61,261 nt of DNA, filler included, from Barthelona sp. PAP020 (GCA_040182905.1; 3 parts of 3 records of this genome joined end to end with filler, not necessarily neighbours in it); one strand, 5' to 3'; shown: positions 1 through 11,251, counted from the first letter of the whole stretch. Translations and numbers: made by a program. The notes: generated by a model not told the origin, from the letters alone.

Positions 1-434
1 CAGATTTTTACTCACGAAATTCACAAATTAAACTTGCAAGAGTACTATATGTATTCACCAAATTTTCTCTTTGTCTTCCATTGAAGAAACATTTTTCACT
101 TCTTCAATGAGCCTCTTATGTTGGTAGTGTGATAACCTTCAATTTAAATAAATAAAGGCAACATCATTTGTAATTGTTTTTTGTTCTTGTTGGGTTGGAC
201 TCCAACAATCGGTATCGTAACATTAAGAAAAAAATAAAAGTGCCATGAGACTTTGGTGTAGTGGTGGCACAAACTAATACAGAGAAAGCAAACCAAACAG
301 TCATTTTGGGAAATTTTGGTCAAAATTCATGGGGTGAGATCCAGACTGAAATTCTGTTGTGTGGTCTAAGTACATCTTTGGGAAAGAACTTCTTGTCCTT
401 GCTTTTTGGATTTGGCAAAAGCCAAATTATACAG

Positions 435-866
435 TTTTATTTCCAAGCCAAGAAGCACTGTGCGTATGAGTGAATAAAAAAGAATGGTTTTTGTCTCGTT
501 AAAGGCTTTCGAGGCCCGATTGATCTGTTAAAAAACCTTTGATTTTCTAAAGTAAAGTTTAAACTTTAAAATTTTGTTTTGCAAAAATACAAAAAAATAG
601 GAATGAAGAATTTCTCCAAAATTTTCATACTTGATAATTAAGATTCAATTGCAGCCACTCATTTTGTGTGGCTGAGATTTAATGAAATGAGTTTTCTCTG
701 ATTACTTTTTCTTTGTAAATAAATATAGTTGTTTCATAATTTGATCAATTAATTTTAAGTTTTGGAGAATTGAATGTTCGATCGGGCTTCGAAAGCTTTT
801 AACCAAATAAACACTATTCTTTTTTATTCACTCATACGTACAGTGCTTCTTGGCTTGGAAATAAAA
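435..866. mobile_element. Non-coding foldback / MITE-like element with 86-bp terminal inverted repeats
   Basis: 435-520 (TTTTATTTCCAAGCCAAGAAGCACTGTGCGTATGAG...GAGGCCCGAT) is the reverse complement of 781-866, with 8 mismatches in 86 by my count. The interior is non-coding and AT-rich, with a small central hairpin CAGCCAC/GTGGCTG (652-674). No clear target-site duplication. Confidence 0.65.
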
Positions 867-1020
867 TACTTTTCAAGCAAGATGTAAGCTTACAAACTAT
901 TTTAACTGATTAAAAAAAAATTCGCCTGATTTTACGCAAAAAAATTTTTGATTTATTTTTATTTTATTCTTTTATTTAAAAATCAACGGTCTTATCACAA
1001 TAAACGATATCATAAGATAT

Positions 1021-2346
1021 TTAAGAATTAATTACAACATTTAAACTCTTATCACTTTCATCAATGAAAAATCCTTTTGTAAAAGATACCATACTCTCAT
1101 ATTCTGATTGTTCACATGTCTCTGACAGAAATATTGTGGAAAATACACCACTAGACTTTAAAACAATGTTAGAAAAGAAAAGAAAATTTAAATTATTTTC
1201 CAAAGTCAATTCCAAGGGAGTGTCGAACCTTATAGCCTTAACTATCAACGTATTTTTGATATTACCGCTAATGTGAAGATATTTGGGAGCTGCACAATAA
1301 ATATTACAATTTTGAATTTGACAAGGAAAATCCAACAAAATGGGAAGCTCATTAAAAACGGTAAATTTTAGATATAATGAATGTATGGGAGGGAATTCAT
1401 CAAAAAAATTTGATGGTAAATTTCTGGAGGTTTCAATATGCAAATAAATACTGGAATTAATTGTTAAATCATCCAAAAACTGAATGAATTTGGTGTGTTC
1501 TTCAGAATAAACATCAATTTCGTCGCTATATGTTATCTTCAAATGAATTATTTGTGAATTTACCGGTCTGATTTCATCCAATATATATCGTAGACTGTGG
1601 TAATTGACAGAAAATCCTTTAATGTATGAATCTTCTTCTGATAGTTTTTCAATGAAGTCAATATCACTGAAATAGATAAATTTGGGTTGTCGAAGCATTT
1701 TCAATTCCACATATGGACCAAAAACCATTTTTGAAGTTTTGGCAATAATTTCATCAAAAACAAATCTTGTATGAAGATTATCTGTATTGATACATTTGAA
1801 ACCAAGATAGTTAATGTCTAAAGCTTTGATAATTTCTTCAGAACTTGTTGACAATATCGTACAAGAGAGACCATACAATTTGTTTGGTAATTTTATTTGA
1901 AAAGTAGGAGATAACAATGTAATGGAATCATTAAATGATTTAACACAATCATCTAACAAATCTTTATAATAATATTCAGAGAAAAAAGTTCGTAAATCCA
2001 AAATAAATGCTACATTTGTCTTTAATAATGTTTTAAACAAAGAAAATTTCAATTTATCATGAAAATCTACCTGACAAAATCGAAATTTAGCTTTTGTAAC
2101 ATTTAAAATATGTTCAAAATATTCCAAACTGGAATTTTCAATATAATCTAAATCCAAATCTCCATAATCTCCTATATTCCCAGTAACTTTATTGCAACGA
2201 AAATACATTGCCAAAAATTCAATCAGCTCTTTTTCGAAAACGGTATATTTACCAATTTCTTTAAATAACTTTAAAGTTTGAATGGAGTTCAAATGATTAC
2301 ATCCTTCACAAATGCAAAAAAATTCATATTCTTCCATAAATGTCAT
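1021..2346 (-). CDS. Hypothetical protein, 441 aa
   Basis: Long ATG-initiated ORF in very AT-rich DNA; no family motif recognised. Confidence 0.7.
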   Translation of the reverse strand: MTFMEEYEFFCICEGCNHLNSIQTLKLFKEIGKYTVFEKELIEFLAMYFRCNKVTGNIGDYGDLDLDYIENSSLEYFEHILNVTKAKFRFCQVDFHDKLKFSLFKTLLKTNVAFILDLRTFFSEYYYKDLLDDCVKSFNDSITLLSPTFQIKLPNKLYGLSCTILSTSSEEIIKALDINYLGFKCINTDNLHTRFVFDEIIAKTSKMVFGPYVELKMLRQPKFIYFSDIDFIEKLSEEDSYIKGFSVNYHSLRYILDEIRPVNSQIIHLKITYSDEIDVYSEEHTKFIQFLDDLTINSSIYLHIETSRNLPSNFFDEFPPIHSLYLKFTVFNELPILLDFPCQIQNCNIYCAAPKYLHISGNIKNTLIVKAIRFDTPLELTLENNLNFLFFSNIVLKSSGVFSTIFLSETCEQSEYESMVSFTKGFFIDESDKSLNVVINS

Positions 2347-3003
2347 TCAAATCAGTAATATATATTATAATACGTAATTATATGAAAATATATTAGTAAA
2401 TATTATTAATATATTTAATTTGGAAAAAAAAAAACAAATTACTAACCGACATTTTGATTTTCAACTTAATCATTTCAAAGATTCGATCATTTCCATCTTT
2501 AACATGTTTTATCATTTTAGCAACATATTTACTAAATATTTCAATAAATTAAAACAAATTTTGTGTGAAGAAAGAACAACTTTCTTAGAGTTATTTTTTT
2601 TTTGAATAATTTCATATGTTGAATGATAAAAAGTATAAAAACAATACATTGGATTTGAAATTCAACAAATCACACACGATTCTACTTTTCTGATTATTTT
2701 TTCAATCAATAGCTATAAAAATATCAGAGTTAAAAGATTGTTATGTGCAAATTGAATTTTAAAAGAAGAAAGATTACAAATTGGCATTTTATGCTTAAGT
2801 CTGAGATCATTTGTCCAATCCCAAAAATATCTATTTTTCACCCTTAATTTGATGTCTAAAGCAAAAATAGCGTTAAAAAAGTGATTTCTGCATCATTATT
2901 TCAAATTTCTTTTGTTATTGTAGTAGTGTTTTTTTTTGTTGTTGCAATAAAACGTATCAAATGAAAAATGAAATATACTTTTTACTGTTTATGTGAAACA
3001 CGA

Positions 3004-6000
3004 TTATTGATTGGGGTTTAAATGTTGTTGTTGCATGTGTAAAATATTGAATCCAGGACCAAAGCCGACATAAGGTCTCCCATTTCCAACGAGAGCTGAG
3101 ATGCTTGTTATACCTGGTTTAACATTTGTAGGTGGAATTCTTTTGAATGGTTGATTTGGACCTGAAATATATTGGTTTTGACCTTCTTGTTTCATTTGAG
3201 CATTTGACATTAAGTTAGAAATAATTTCTCTGGCAGAAAAACCACTATTTTTGGAACTAACAACAGAAGAAAATGGAATAGTTGGCATTTCTTTGGTTTG
3301 AAACCAATTATCCAAACTGTTATCTTGAAATAATTTTGAAGGTGGTTGTAAAATGGGATTATCAGTAATATTATTAGGCTGAATTATTGGAGCAGCCAAA
3401 GCAATTGTTTCTCTTCTGTCTAAACTAATAGAATTATCCTTTAACCCTTGAATGATCCTACTGAATTGATCAGCAAACTCTTTTTCTTGTTTAGTGGTAG
3501 CAGGAAACTTAGACACAAAGGTGAAATGAAGGAATGTTAAATTTAATTTGCCTAGCTTTTGATAATAATTTTGGAACAGCAATTTCATGTATCTCACTTC
3601 CTTTGAAGACCACACAACACCAAATTTGTTTCTCCTTCTTGCAGATGAACGCTTTCTGTTGGTACGTTTCTTAAAGTCAATTTCCACTTCAGGAGATTTT
3701 CTCTTTTGTTTATTTCGATCCCTTTGTGCTCTAGTTACTCTTCTTTCTTGTTTAGCTGTAATCACTTTCTTTTGATAGGCCAACAAATAACGTAAATCAT
3801 CGTTTAACGCCATTCGATGAAATTTAGGCCATAGTGATACATCCACAAATGAGTGAGGCACTTGTTGCATGGAAACTGTTTGTATAAGCACTTTATAATT
3901 ATCTTTAAAAGGGTCATTTATATCCAAATGAAATTCGGGCAATTTAGGTCGTCTAAGAACAACATTTACAGGGAAACCATCTGAAGAAAGTTGAAATGAA
4001 GCTACCCGAACAATATCAGACAAAAGAAGCTCAAAATCATTGAATATATATTCTAATTGAGAATAAACATCAAGATCTGGATAAAAAAAACTGTGTGAAC
4101 ACAGATTATACTTTTCATCGGTTAAAGCCAACGAAGATCCATGAAATTTAATACTGTGAGTTTCTGAAGGCGGAGTTGGACTGGGGATAATGTTCTCAAA
4201 TGAAGGTACATCCAATGATTCAACAGCATCCGAATCACAGATATCAGAATCAAGTGATGGTTCTTTCTTTAATTCTACAGAACCAACACGTTCATCATGA
4301 TTGTTTGCATCATGATTGTGAGTGATAGAGTTCAAAGTGCTGTTGTCTTCTAAAGTGTCATTACTTTCCCTAGAAATAGGGGTTTTTCGAATCTTATCAA
4401 TAATGGTGAGTTCACGAAGACCTTTTGTAAATTTTTCCTTTAATTCTGAGATTTCCGGAGAAAATTTATAAAATATTCCTGGTCTAGGTGGTTTGATGAG
4501 ATTCACTACTTTATAATCACTTTGATAACGTGAAGAAATGTATTTTATGGTGTTTAAAGCATAAATATCCAAAGGCAAAAATTCAAGCTCTTCATTCACA
4601 TGTTCTGAATCCTCCATAAGGTCTTTACTTTCATGATCTTCCATTGTTTTTTTATCTTGTGTTAATTCACTCTTTTCAGCATTTTCTTCTTCAATTTCTA
4701 CACCTATTTCATACTTTTTAATTATCTTCTTGTTCAATCCAAATTTATACAATTCAATTGGCCGTAAAAAAGAACCAGACCAAGTCAATTTATTTAAAAG
4801 AGGATACTTCGCCAAAAGATCATCAATAGAATATCTCCAAAAATCTGCTAAAATAATAGTATCACATTGAATACGTTTGAAATGTTTGGAAACATCCATA
4901 GACATCAATAAAATATTGTTTTCTTCTTCTAATTCAAACAAACTCAACAATTTTTTTTGTGTGTCAAAATTCATAGTTTCATTTTCAATCGTGAAGAAAT
5001 ATTTTCCTTTCGAATGCAAACAAGAAGCTAAAAACTTTAAAGTCTCAAAAGTTTGACAAAAAATTACTGTTTTACGATTCTCATTTTTTTTCTCAAATAA
5101 GACATCCAAAAGTTTGGTTAAATATTCAGAATGAAATATTTCAAAATTTTGAAAGTTTTCAATAAACTCATACTTTGAGGGATCTGAAATAACTTTATGT
5201 TCAAATAAATATTTTTTAAAATTGTGAAAGGTGATATTGGTAAAATTAGGGTTCAAAACTTGATGTTTGGGAAAATAATTTTTCAAAAAAATCAACAATT
5301 CGTGTGTGTGAAGAGGAAAAAAGAACTCACATTGTCTAATCAATTGATATATTCTTAAGGTTTCCATCTTATTCTTGACAAATTTAGTCACTTTGATATC
5401 CTTCATAAGCTTCAACATTTCACTTGGTCTTTTGTTTGTATTTTGTCCTGTAGCTTGTAATTGACATAATTTCTTTTCAATTTCATTCAGTAACTCACTG
5501 TATTGACTGTTAGAAACAAATAATTCTTTCTTTCTTTCTATATTAGAAGAATTTAAATAATAATCAATGGGTTCATGAAATTGTCGATTTTTTTGTGGGG
5601 AGTTTGTGGAAAGTTGTGATACTGCATCTTTTTCTTCCTTCAAATGTTCGATAACATTAAATGGAAAGACATTAACGGGTGAATCTATCAAATCAACATA
5701 TTTACCATCAAAAAATGCTTCTTTTAAAGGTAAAGTGTGTTTGTCCAGTTGAGTTAGTTTGACGTCTGATTCCATATTGAGAGATTCTTCCAATACTTCC
5801 AATTGATGCTGAGAGAGATTAATTGATACTTGTGTACGAGAAAAATCTGGAATATGTTTCGCCACATCATCATACCATCTGTCAAATACAAAACCTTCAA
5901 TCATATTGTGAAAATTTGGAAAATACTTGTCTGATTCAAGAATATTCAAAAGTATTTCATAGCTTGCATTGCCCAGTTTTAAATTGGCCGAAAGATTTGA

Positions 6001-7083
6001 TTTACGCAAATTTTGAGTAAAATTCTTGTTTATTGAATTGAAAAAATCGCTCTTAAACTGTTGATATGTTATGAAGATGTTAGGTAGCAACATTTTTAAA
6101 ATTGCCCATATTTGCTCCAATGTAAATGAGTAGAAATTATCAACGATAACAAATCTTTTTTCAGAGTTTAACGAACATAATTTTCGAAATTCTAATGAAC
6201 TAGCCTTTAAAATTGTACTGCTAGGGCTTTCAATGGTAATTGATTTGAATTTCACTGGAGATACCATTTGATAGTTATATGTGGTAATATATATGTTAGC
6301 ATCTTCTTTAAAATCACTAGAAACAGTCAAACTTTTCAAAAAACGCATTATATAAGATATCCAACTGTTTATTTCATCAGTAGAAGTGACAATCAAATGT
6401 GGTCCTATCTTTCCATCCATCGCCATTAATCCAATATTAGCTAAAGCAGTTAAACGTCGTCCTAAACCTTGATAATCAGCCATTATTGCACCACTACCTT
6501 CAGGCATTGAATGTTGCCAAGATATACACTCGATTTGATATTTACGAAACTTGACACCCATAAAAGCTTCCAAATCTTCCACATAATCATCATTTATTTC
6601 ATCATTTTGTGTTGAATCAATTAAAATCTGTAATTTATCAAGATTTGAAGTATCTTTAAATTCAATATCAAAAATATTGGGTAATGGTTGATGATAGTGA
6701 TAAATATTGGATAATTCAACATCTTGTGTGTTTTGATTAAATTGTTTACAAAGAAAACTATTCATTTCATTTTGATTATCAATGTTTAAGTCATCCATTT
6801 GAAATAAAAAATCATTCATTTTTGTCATTTTAGACCAAAATTTTTGCACATTTGCAACCAATTTTTCTTTATTGCGACCAAACTTTATTTTTCCACATCT
6901 AAACAATTTAGATTGTATCTCATCATTCATTATCTTCTGTCTGTCTATGTTTGCTTTGAAAGATTGATTGATTTCATGTGATAAACTTTTAATTTGATTT
7001 AGTAAATAGTATCGATGTGTTTTTAATGGAAGTTCTTTAGGTTTTGATAAATTAAAATAATTTAAATAATCATCAACTTGCAT
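3004..7083 (-). CDS. SWR1/p400(Domino/PIE1)-like SNF2-family chromatin protein with degenerate ATPase motifs
   Basis: HSA-like segment (LVANVQKFWSKM). SNF2 motif I region FRKYQIECISW...GAIMADYQGLGRR, then GPHLIVTST and EQIWAILKMLLPNIF. A long insertion precedes a HELICc-like KLLDVL...RKTVIFCQTFETLKFL, an LPLDIYAL motif (cf. LTPIERYA) and a C-terminal SANT/Myb-like WSSKE. Confidence 0.7.
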   Translation of the reverse strand: MQVDDYLNYFNLSKPKELPLKTHRYYLLNQIKSLSHEINQSFKANIDRQKIMNDEIQSKLFRCGKIKFGRNKEKLVANVQKFWSKMTKMNDFLFQMDDLNIDNQNEMNSFLCKQFNQNTQDVELSNIYHYHQPLPNIFDIEFKDTSNLDKLQILIDSTQNDEINDDYVEDLEAFMGVKFRKYQIECISWQHSMPEGSGAIMADYQGLGRRLTALANIGLMAMDGKIGPHLIVTSTDEINSWISYIMRFLKSLTVSSDFKEDANIYITTYNYQMVSPVKFKSITIESPSSTILKASSLEFRKLCSLNSEKRFVIVDNFYSFTLEQIWAILKMLLPNIFITYQQFKSDFFNSINKNFTQNLRKSNLSANLKLGNASYEILLNILESDKYFPNFHNMIEGFVFDRWYDDVAKHIPDFSRTQVSINLSQHQLEVLEESLNMESDVKLTQLDKHTLPLKEAFFDGKYVDLIDSPVNVFPFNVIEHLKEEKDAVSQLSTNSPQKNRQFHEPIDYYLNSSNIERKKELFVSNSQYSELLNEIEKKLCQLQATGQNTNKRPSEMLKLMKDIKVTKFVKNKMETLRIYQLIRQCEFFFPLHTHELLIFLKNYFPKHQVLNPNFTNITFHNFKKYLFEHKVISDPSKYEFIENFQNFEIFHSEYLTKLLDVLFEKKNENRKTVIFCQTFETLKFLASCLHSKGKYFFTIENETMNFDTQKKLLSLFELEEENNILLMSMDVSKHFKRIQCDTIILADFWRYSIDDLLAKYPLLNKLTWSGSFLRPIELYKFGLNKKIIKKYEIGVEIEEENAEKSELTQDKKTMEDHESKDLMEDSEHVNEELEFLPLDIYALNTIKYISSRYQSDYKVVNLIKPPRPGIFYKFSPEISELKEKFTKGLRELTIIDKIRKTPISRESNDTLEDNSTLNSITHNHDANNHDERVGSVELKKEPSLDSDICDSDAVESLDVPSFENIIPSPTPPSETHSIKFHGSSLALTDEKYNLCSHSFFYPDLDVYSQLEYIFNDFELLLSDIVRVASFQLSSDGFPVNVVLRRPKLPEFHLDINDPFKDNYKVLIQTVSMQQVPHSFVDVSLWPKFHRMALNDDLRYLLAYQKKVITAKQERRVTRAQRDRNKQKRKSPEVEIDFKKRTNRKRSSARRRNKFGVVWSSKEVRYMKLLFQNYYQKLGKLNLTFLHFTFVSKFPATTKQEKEFADQFSRIIQGLKDNSISLDRRETIALAAPIIQPNNITDNPILQPPSKLFQDNSLDNWFQTKEMPTIPFSSVVSSKNSGFSAREIISNLMSNAQMKQEGQNQYISGPNQPFKRIPPTNVKPGITSISALVGNGRPYVGFGPGFNILHMQQQHLNPNQ

Positions 7084-7189
7084 ATTTCATGAAAGTGATA
7101 AAAAAAAAAACCAAAAAAAAAATTCTATATATCATTTCTTTTATAACCGCAATAAAGTTAAAATAAATGTATAAATACATTTTAACACT

Positions 7190-7930
7190 TTATTTTAGAA
7201 ATTGAACAAATTGTTCAACAATTCTAAAACCTATATGAGAATGGAATTGAGTATCTCTAAATTGTAAATATAATTCTTCACTATTTTCAGCTTCAGGGGC
7301 ATCGCTAACAATTCGGAATGCACCAAAAGGAATGTTAGCTTCCTGACAAACTTGGGCAACAGAAGCAGTTTCCATGTCAACAATCCAACTTTCAGCATCG
7401 GGATAAAATTCTGTAACTCTTACTTGAATACTATCACGATCAACCTTATCCCTGACAAATCTGTCACCTGTAGCGGCAACACCTTTTGCAACCTTGTATT
7501 TTGGCATATCTAACAATTGTTTCGATAAATTAAACAAAATTTCTGTGAAATCAGGACTTAAATTTAATTGAACAGTGTCCAAATGCATGTGATAACAAGG
7601 TGGATCAAAAGGTTCAGTGGTAAAATCATGTTGAAAAGAACTTTGAAGAATAACAACATCTCCAACACTAATATTATTGGAACCACCACCGCATAAACCA
7701 AAATTTAGAAGAGCTGCACAATGAAAATGATGAATCAAAATAGAAGCTGCATTGGCTGCTGCAACTTTACCAATATGACATTGAACAATAATAATTGGAA
7801 TTCCATGCAATTGTCCTTCAATAAATTTTCTGTGACTTATTGAATGCTCTTGAACATTGGTTAAATTGTCTCGTAAGGCTTTAATTTCGCTATCCATTGC
7901 GCATAAAACTCCTAAGATTCCTTCAATCAT
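7190..7930 (-). CDS. mtnN: 5'-methylthioadenosine/S-adenosylhomocysteine nucleosidase (Pfs/MTAN, PNP_UDP_1 family)
   Basis: GVLCAMDSE, IGKVAAA, LLNFGLCGG, VGDVVI, QHDF, ATGDRFV, VDMETASVAQVC and FRIVSD match the family motifs. Confidence 0.9.
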   Translation of the reverse strand: MIEGILGVLCAMDSEIKALRDNLTNVQEHSISHRKFIEGQLHGIPIIIVQCHIGKVAAANAASILIHHFHCAALLNFGLCGGGSNNISVGDVVILQSSFQHDFTTEPFDPPCYHMHLDTVQLNLSPDFTEILFNLSKQLLDMPKYKVAKGVAATGDRFVRDKVDRDSIQVRVTEFYPDAESWIVDMETASVAQVCQEANIPFGAFRIVSDAPEAENSEELYLQFRDTQFHSHIGFRIVEQFVQFLK

Positions 7931-8104
7931 GGTTTTATCTCTCTTTAGTTTAAAAAAAAAAATGTATTGTCAAATTGTCAATTTGACCATGAGAAACCAA
8001 TAAAGGAAATAAAAATTGCCATTGACTCTATTTATTCATGATGCAAAACATAAAATGTCTGAATAACAAAATTAATTATTCATTTTTTTAATTTTTTTAA
8101 ATTC

Positions 8105-8452
8105 ATGTTATCTATCAAAATCGAATCAACAGAATCAGATATTTCTGAGTCTATAAGATTTGTTATTAATTCTGATGAAAAAATTGAGGGGAAAATTGAG
8201 TCAGTTTTGAGATTAGACATTGCTTATACAAATGAAGAAGTGAAATTACCAGATATTCTTTTTAATTTAGAAAATCAAAATGAATATGAGATAGATTTTT
8301 CTGCTTTAAGCAAAGTGAATTCTGTAATTATTCAAAATGTGGGATCAATGGAATTAAAAATTAAGACTTTAGATAACACTATTATTCAATCACAATTATT
8401 TACTTTGCAAATAATTTCAAGAATGGGAGTTCTCAAAAAACTTCTCATTTAG
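8105..8452 (+). CDS. Small hypothetical beta-rich protein, 115 aa
   Basis: ATG-initiated ORF divergent from the nucleosidase gene, with protein-like composition and alternating hydrophobic pattern. Confidence 0.6.
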   Translation: MLSIKIESTESDISESIRFVINSDEKIEGKIESVLRLDIAYTNEEVKLPDILFNLENQNEYEIDFSALSKVNSVIIQNVGSMELKIKTLDNTIIQSQLFTLQIISRMGVLKKLLI

Positions 8453-8770
8453 TTTTTTTTTTTCAACTGCAAGAAATCATCTCTTAATGAATAGAGCTTT
8501 AATTGTTTAAATATGCTCAAATATACGGTGTGCTGTTAATAATATCAAAATTTTGTGATTTTTTTTTTAATCAAATACCCATTGAAGTTTCTTTATGTTA
8601 GGATTTTACATAAAAACCACTTTTTTCCTTTTTTTATTATTGTTATTATTGTTTTCCATGATTTTCAAATTGCAAAAGATTTGGAAAGGATTTTGACAAA
8701 AAAAAATTTTACTTCTTTATCAAATTTTAATAATGATTTAATAGAACACACAGAATCGTTAAACAAAACA

Positions 8771-11251
8771 TTACAAACCAAATTCTTTTCTCAATAATTC
8801 AGTATTTACTCCTGAAAACTCAAAATCAGAAAGTGACGAATTTGATTGTTTAAATAGATTATTCAACTGTTGAACATCCCTTTCTTTTTCTTCCAAATCC
8901 TGAGTAATAGATAAAACTTGTTTTTCCAATTCCAATACGGATTTTGAAAACTCTTGTGCATTTGACAATTTCTGTTTACTATTCAGTAATTCATCTTGCA
9001 AAGTATCAGTTAAATTTTGTGCATCTTTTAAATCTTTTACAAACTTTTGTTCCTTTTCATAAAAGTTAAACCTTAGCCTTTCCTGATTTTCAACTTTTCT
9101 TCTTAAATCAAAATTCTCTTGACGCAATTGGACAATTTCTTGTTCAAATGACTTGTTTGAAATATCTTTTAACCGACCAATTTCATTTTCAAGCAAACGA
9201 TTTCTTTCATTTGCCAATGTCAAATTCTGTTGTAGATTCATAATTTCTTCTTTTAGTAGATTAGAAGAAGTTTCAATAAATGAATTTGTCTCATCAAGAT
9301 TGGAGCTTGATAATGCTGAAACTTTCTTTTTCAATTCAGATATTGTGTCTTTGTAAGTCTTTTCCATATAATCAAACTGTTTTTTGTGATATCTATTGTT
9401 AGATTCAATCTTCACTAACAATTGATTCAAAGCAAATATATATTCTTCCCTAGTTGTCTCAATTTCAACCTCAATTGTTCTCTTAACATTGTTCAAATGA
9501 TTTCTTTGGATTTTAATCATTCTTATTAAATCAGTAGAAATCTTATCTCCTGCAATCTTTCTATTTCCATCCTCAAGCATTTTACTTTCCAATAACATTT
9601 TTTGTTTGTCAAGTTCATAATATTTTGTTTCTATTTGTCTCAACTTATCAACTTCCAAAGTCTTCTCATGCAACCTAATTTCTAAAAAGCTTGCTTCTTT
9701 TTTAATCTTATTATTCTCTTCAAATAGCTCTTGTTTTGATTGATTTAAGGCTTGAATAATACCTTCATTAGTCGATTTTTCAATCTCATATCTTTGCTTA
9801 TTCAAAGCATAATCTTGTTTTGTCTCTTGATTCTTTTCTTTGAAAGCCTTCAAAAATTTATACACTTCAGGAATTTCCAAAGATTTTATCGATTTTCCAA
9901 AAAACTCTGTGAACATATCTTGTATACTATATAATCTTGTTTGTGTTGAATCAATTTCATTTTTAAGATCATGAATTTGTTCTTCATAATTTTTTCCCTG
10001 TTCATACATTTTTGAATCATTTTTATTGTGTAATTGTTCAATTAATTGACGAGATTGGTTTGATAATTTAATAATCTTTTCTTCATATTCTTCAGTTAAA
10101 GTTTGTATCTTTTCTTTTAAAATGCGATCATGCTGACTCTTAATCAAGGTTCCTTCCTTTTGATAATTGTCTAAAATGCGTTGTCTTTCATTTAATTTTT
10201 GTGAAGTCGATTCAATTTCAATTTTAGATTGTAAAAATTTTTCTGATTCACTTTCAAAGCGTAATTTCAATTCTTCAATTTCCCTTTGATATCTTAATTC
10301 TTTCATAGAATATTCTTCTAACTTTGTTTCTTGATGTTTTAACTTTAAATTAAGATCTTTTAGTTGAAGACTTAAATCATTGATTTCTTTATTGTTTCTT
10401 TCAATAATATCATGTAATTGCCCTTCTTTTTGTTGTTTATTATCAATTTCATCAATTTTCCTTTGCAAAGAAATGTTTAAATCTTCTAACTTTCGTTGTT
10501 TTGATTCAGAATCTAAAACTTGCTTTTCATTTTCTAAACGAGTGTTTTCAGATGCTCGTAATTTCCTCCGATATTTGTTAGACGAATCTTCAAAATCCTT
10601 AACTTGTTCTTTCAATTGCTTGTTAAGTTTCTTTAAATTATTAAGATCAACAGTAAGGTGACGTATTTTTTGCCTATTTTCTCTTGATCTATCCTCAAAT
10701 TTTTGTTTTAACTCAACTAATATTTCAGAACGAACCTCATTGCTTCCATTTTCTATCAAATATTCCTCCATTTGATTTTGCAATTTTTCATTGGCTTGCT
10801 TTAACAAATGATTCTCATCATTTAATCGAGTAATTTCTTTGATTGTATCATTCATGTTAATTCGATTGATATTTGTTTCATTCAAACTGTTATTTGTTGT
10901 TACTGAATTTTGTAACTCCAATTCAGACATTCGTTCTAATAATTCTCGAATATAATCTTCTCTTTGAAAATCTAATCCTTCTTGGATAATTTCAACAAGT
11001 CTGTAAGGCAAAAATTGTTTGGTGCTTTCATCTTGTTTTAATAAATTAATCGATTCATTATTTAATAGAGATTCACAGACATTTTTTACACTTTTGGATA
11101 AAGATTCTAATCTTGAATAATAATTTTTTTTTAATATTTCAAATAAATCATTATCAACTTCATTATTCGTATCTTCACTGTAAGAATAGCGTCTTCTTTG
11201 CATGTTTTTCATGAATATTCCAATTCTATCATAGTTTAAAAGAGTAGACAT
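8771..11251 (-). CDS. Long coiled-coil protein, 826 aa
   Basis: E/K/Q/L-rich heptad pattern throughout; no catalytic motif. Confidence 0.85.
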   Translation of the reverse strand: MSTLLNYDRIGIFMKNMQRRRYSYSEDTNNEVDNDLFEILKKNYYSRLESLSKSVKNVCESLLNNESINLLKQDESTKQFLPYRLVEIIQEGLDFQREDYIRELLERMSELELQNSVTTNNSLNETNINRINMNDTIKEITRLNDENHLLKQANEKLQNQMEEYLIENGSNEVRSEILVELKQKFEDRSRENRQKIRHLTVDLNNLKKLNKQLKEQVKDFEDSSNKYRRKLRASENTRLENEKQVLDSESKQRKLEDLNISLQRKIDEIDNKQQKEGQLHDIIERNNKEINDLSLQLKDLNLKLKHQETKLEEYSMKELRYQREIEELKLRFESESEKFLQSKIEIESTSQKLNERQRILDNYQKEGTLIKSQHDRILKEKIQTLTEEYEEKIIKLSNQSRQLIEQLHNKNDSKMYEQGKNYEEQIHDLKNEIDSTQTRLYSIQDMFTEFFGKSIKSLEIPEVYKFLKAFKEKNQETKQDYALNKQRYEIEKSTNEGIIQALNQSKQELFEENNKIKKEASFLEIRLHEKTLEVDKLRQIETKYYELDKQKMLLESKMLEDGNRKIAGDKISTDLIRMIKIQRNHLNNVKRTIEVEIETTREEYIFALNQLLVKIESNNRYHKKQFDYMEKTYKDTISELKKKVSALSSSNLDETNSFIETSSNLLKEEIMNLQQNLTLANERNRLLENEIGRLKDISNKSFEQEIVQLRQENFDLRRKVENQERLRFNFYEKEQKFVKDLKDAQNLTDTLQDELLNSKQKLSNAQEFSKSVLELEKQVLSITQDLEEKERDVQQLNNLFKQSNSSLSDFEFSGVNTELLRKEFGL

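Noticed and set aside
187..370. tRNA-like pieces: B-box-like hairpin TTGTTGG-GTTGGACT-CCAACAA and A-box/D-arm-like TGGTGTAGTGGTGGCAC
   Set aside because: The pieces are in the wrong order or spacing for one cloverleaf. Possibly decayed tRNA-derived sequence, but not supportable.
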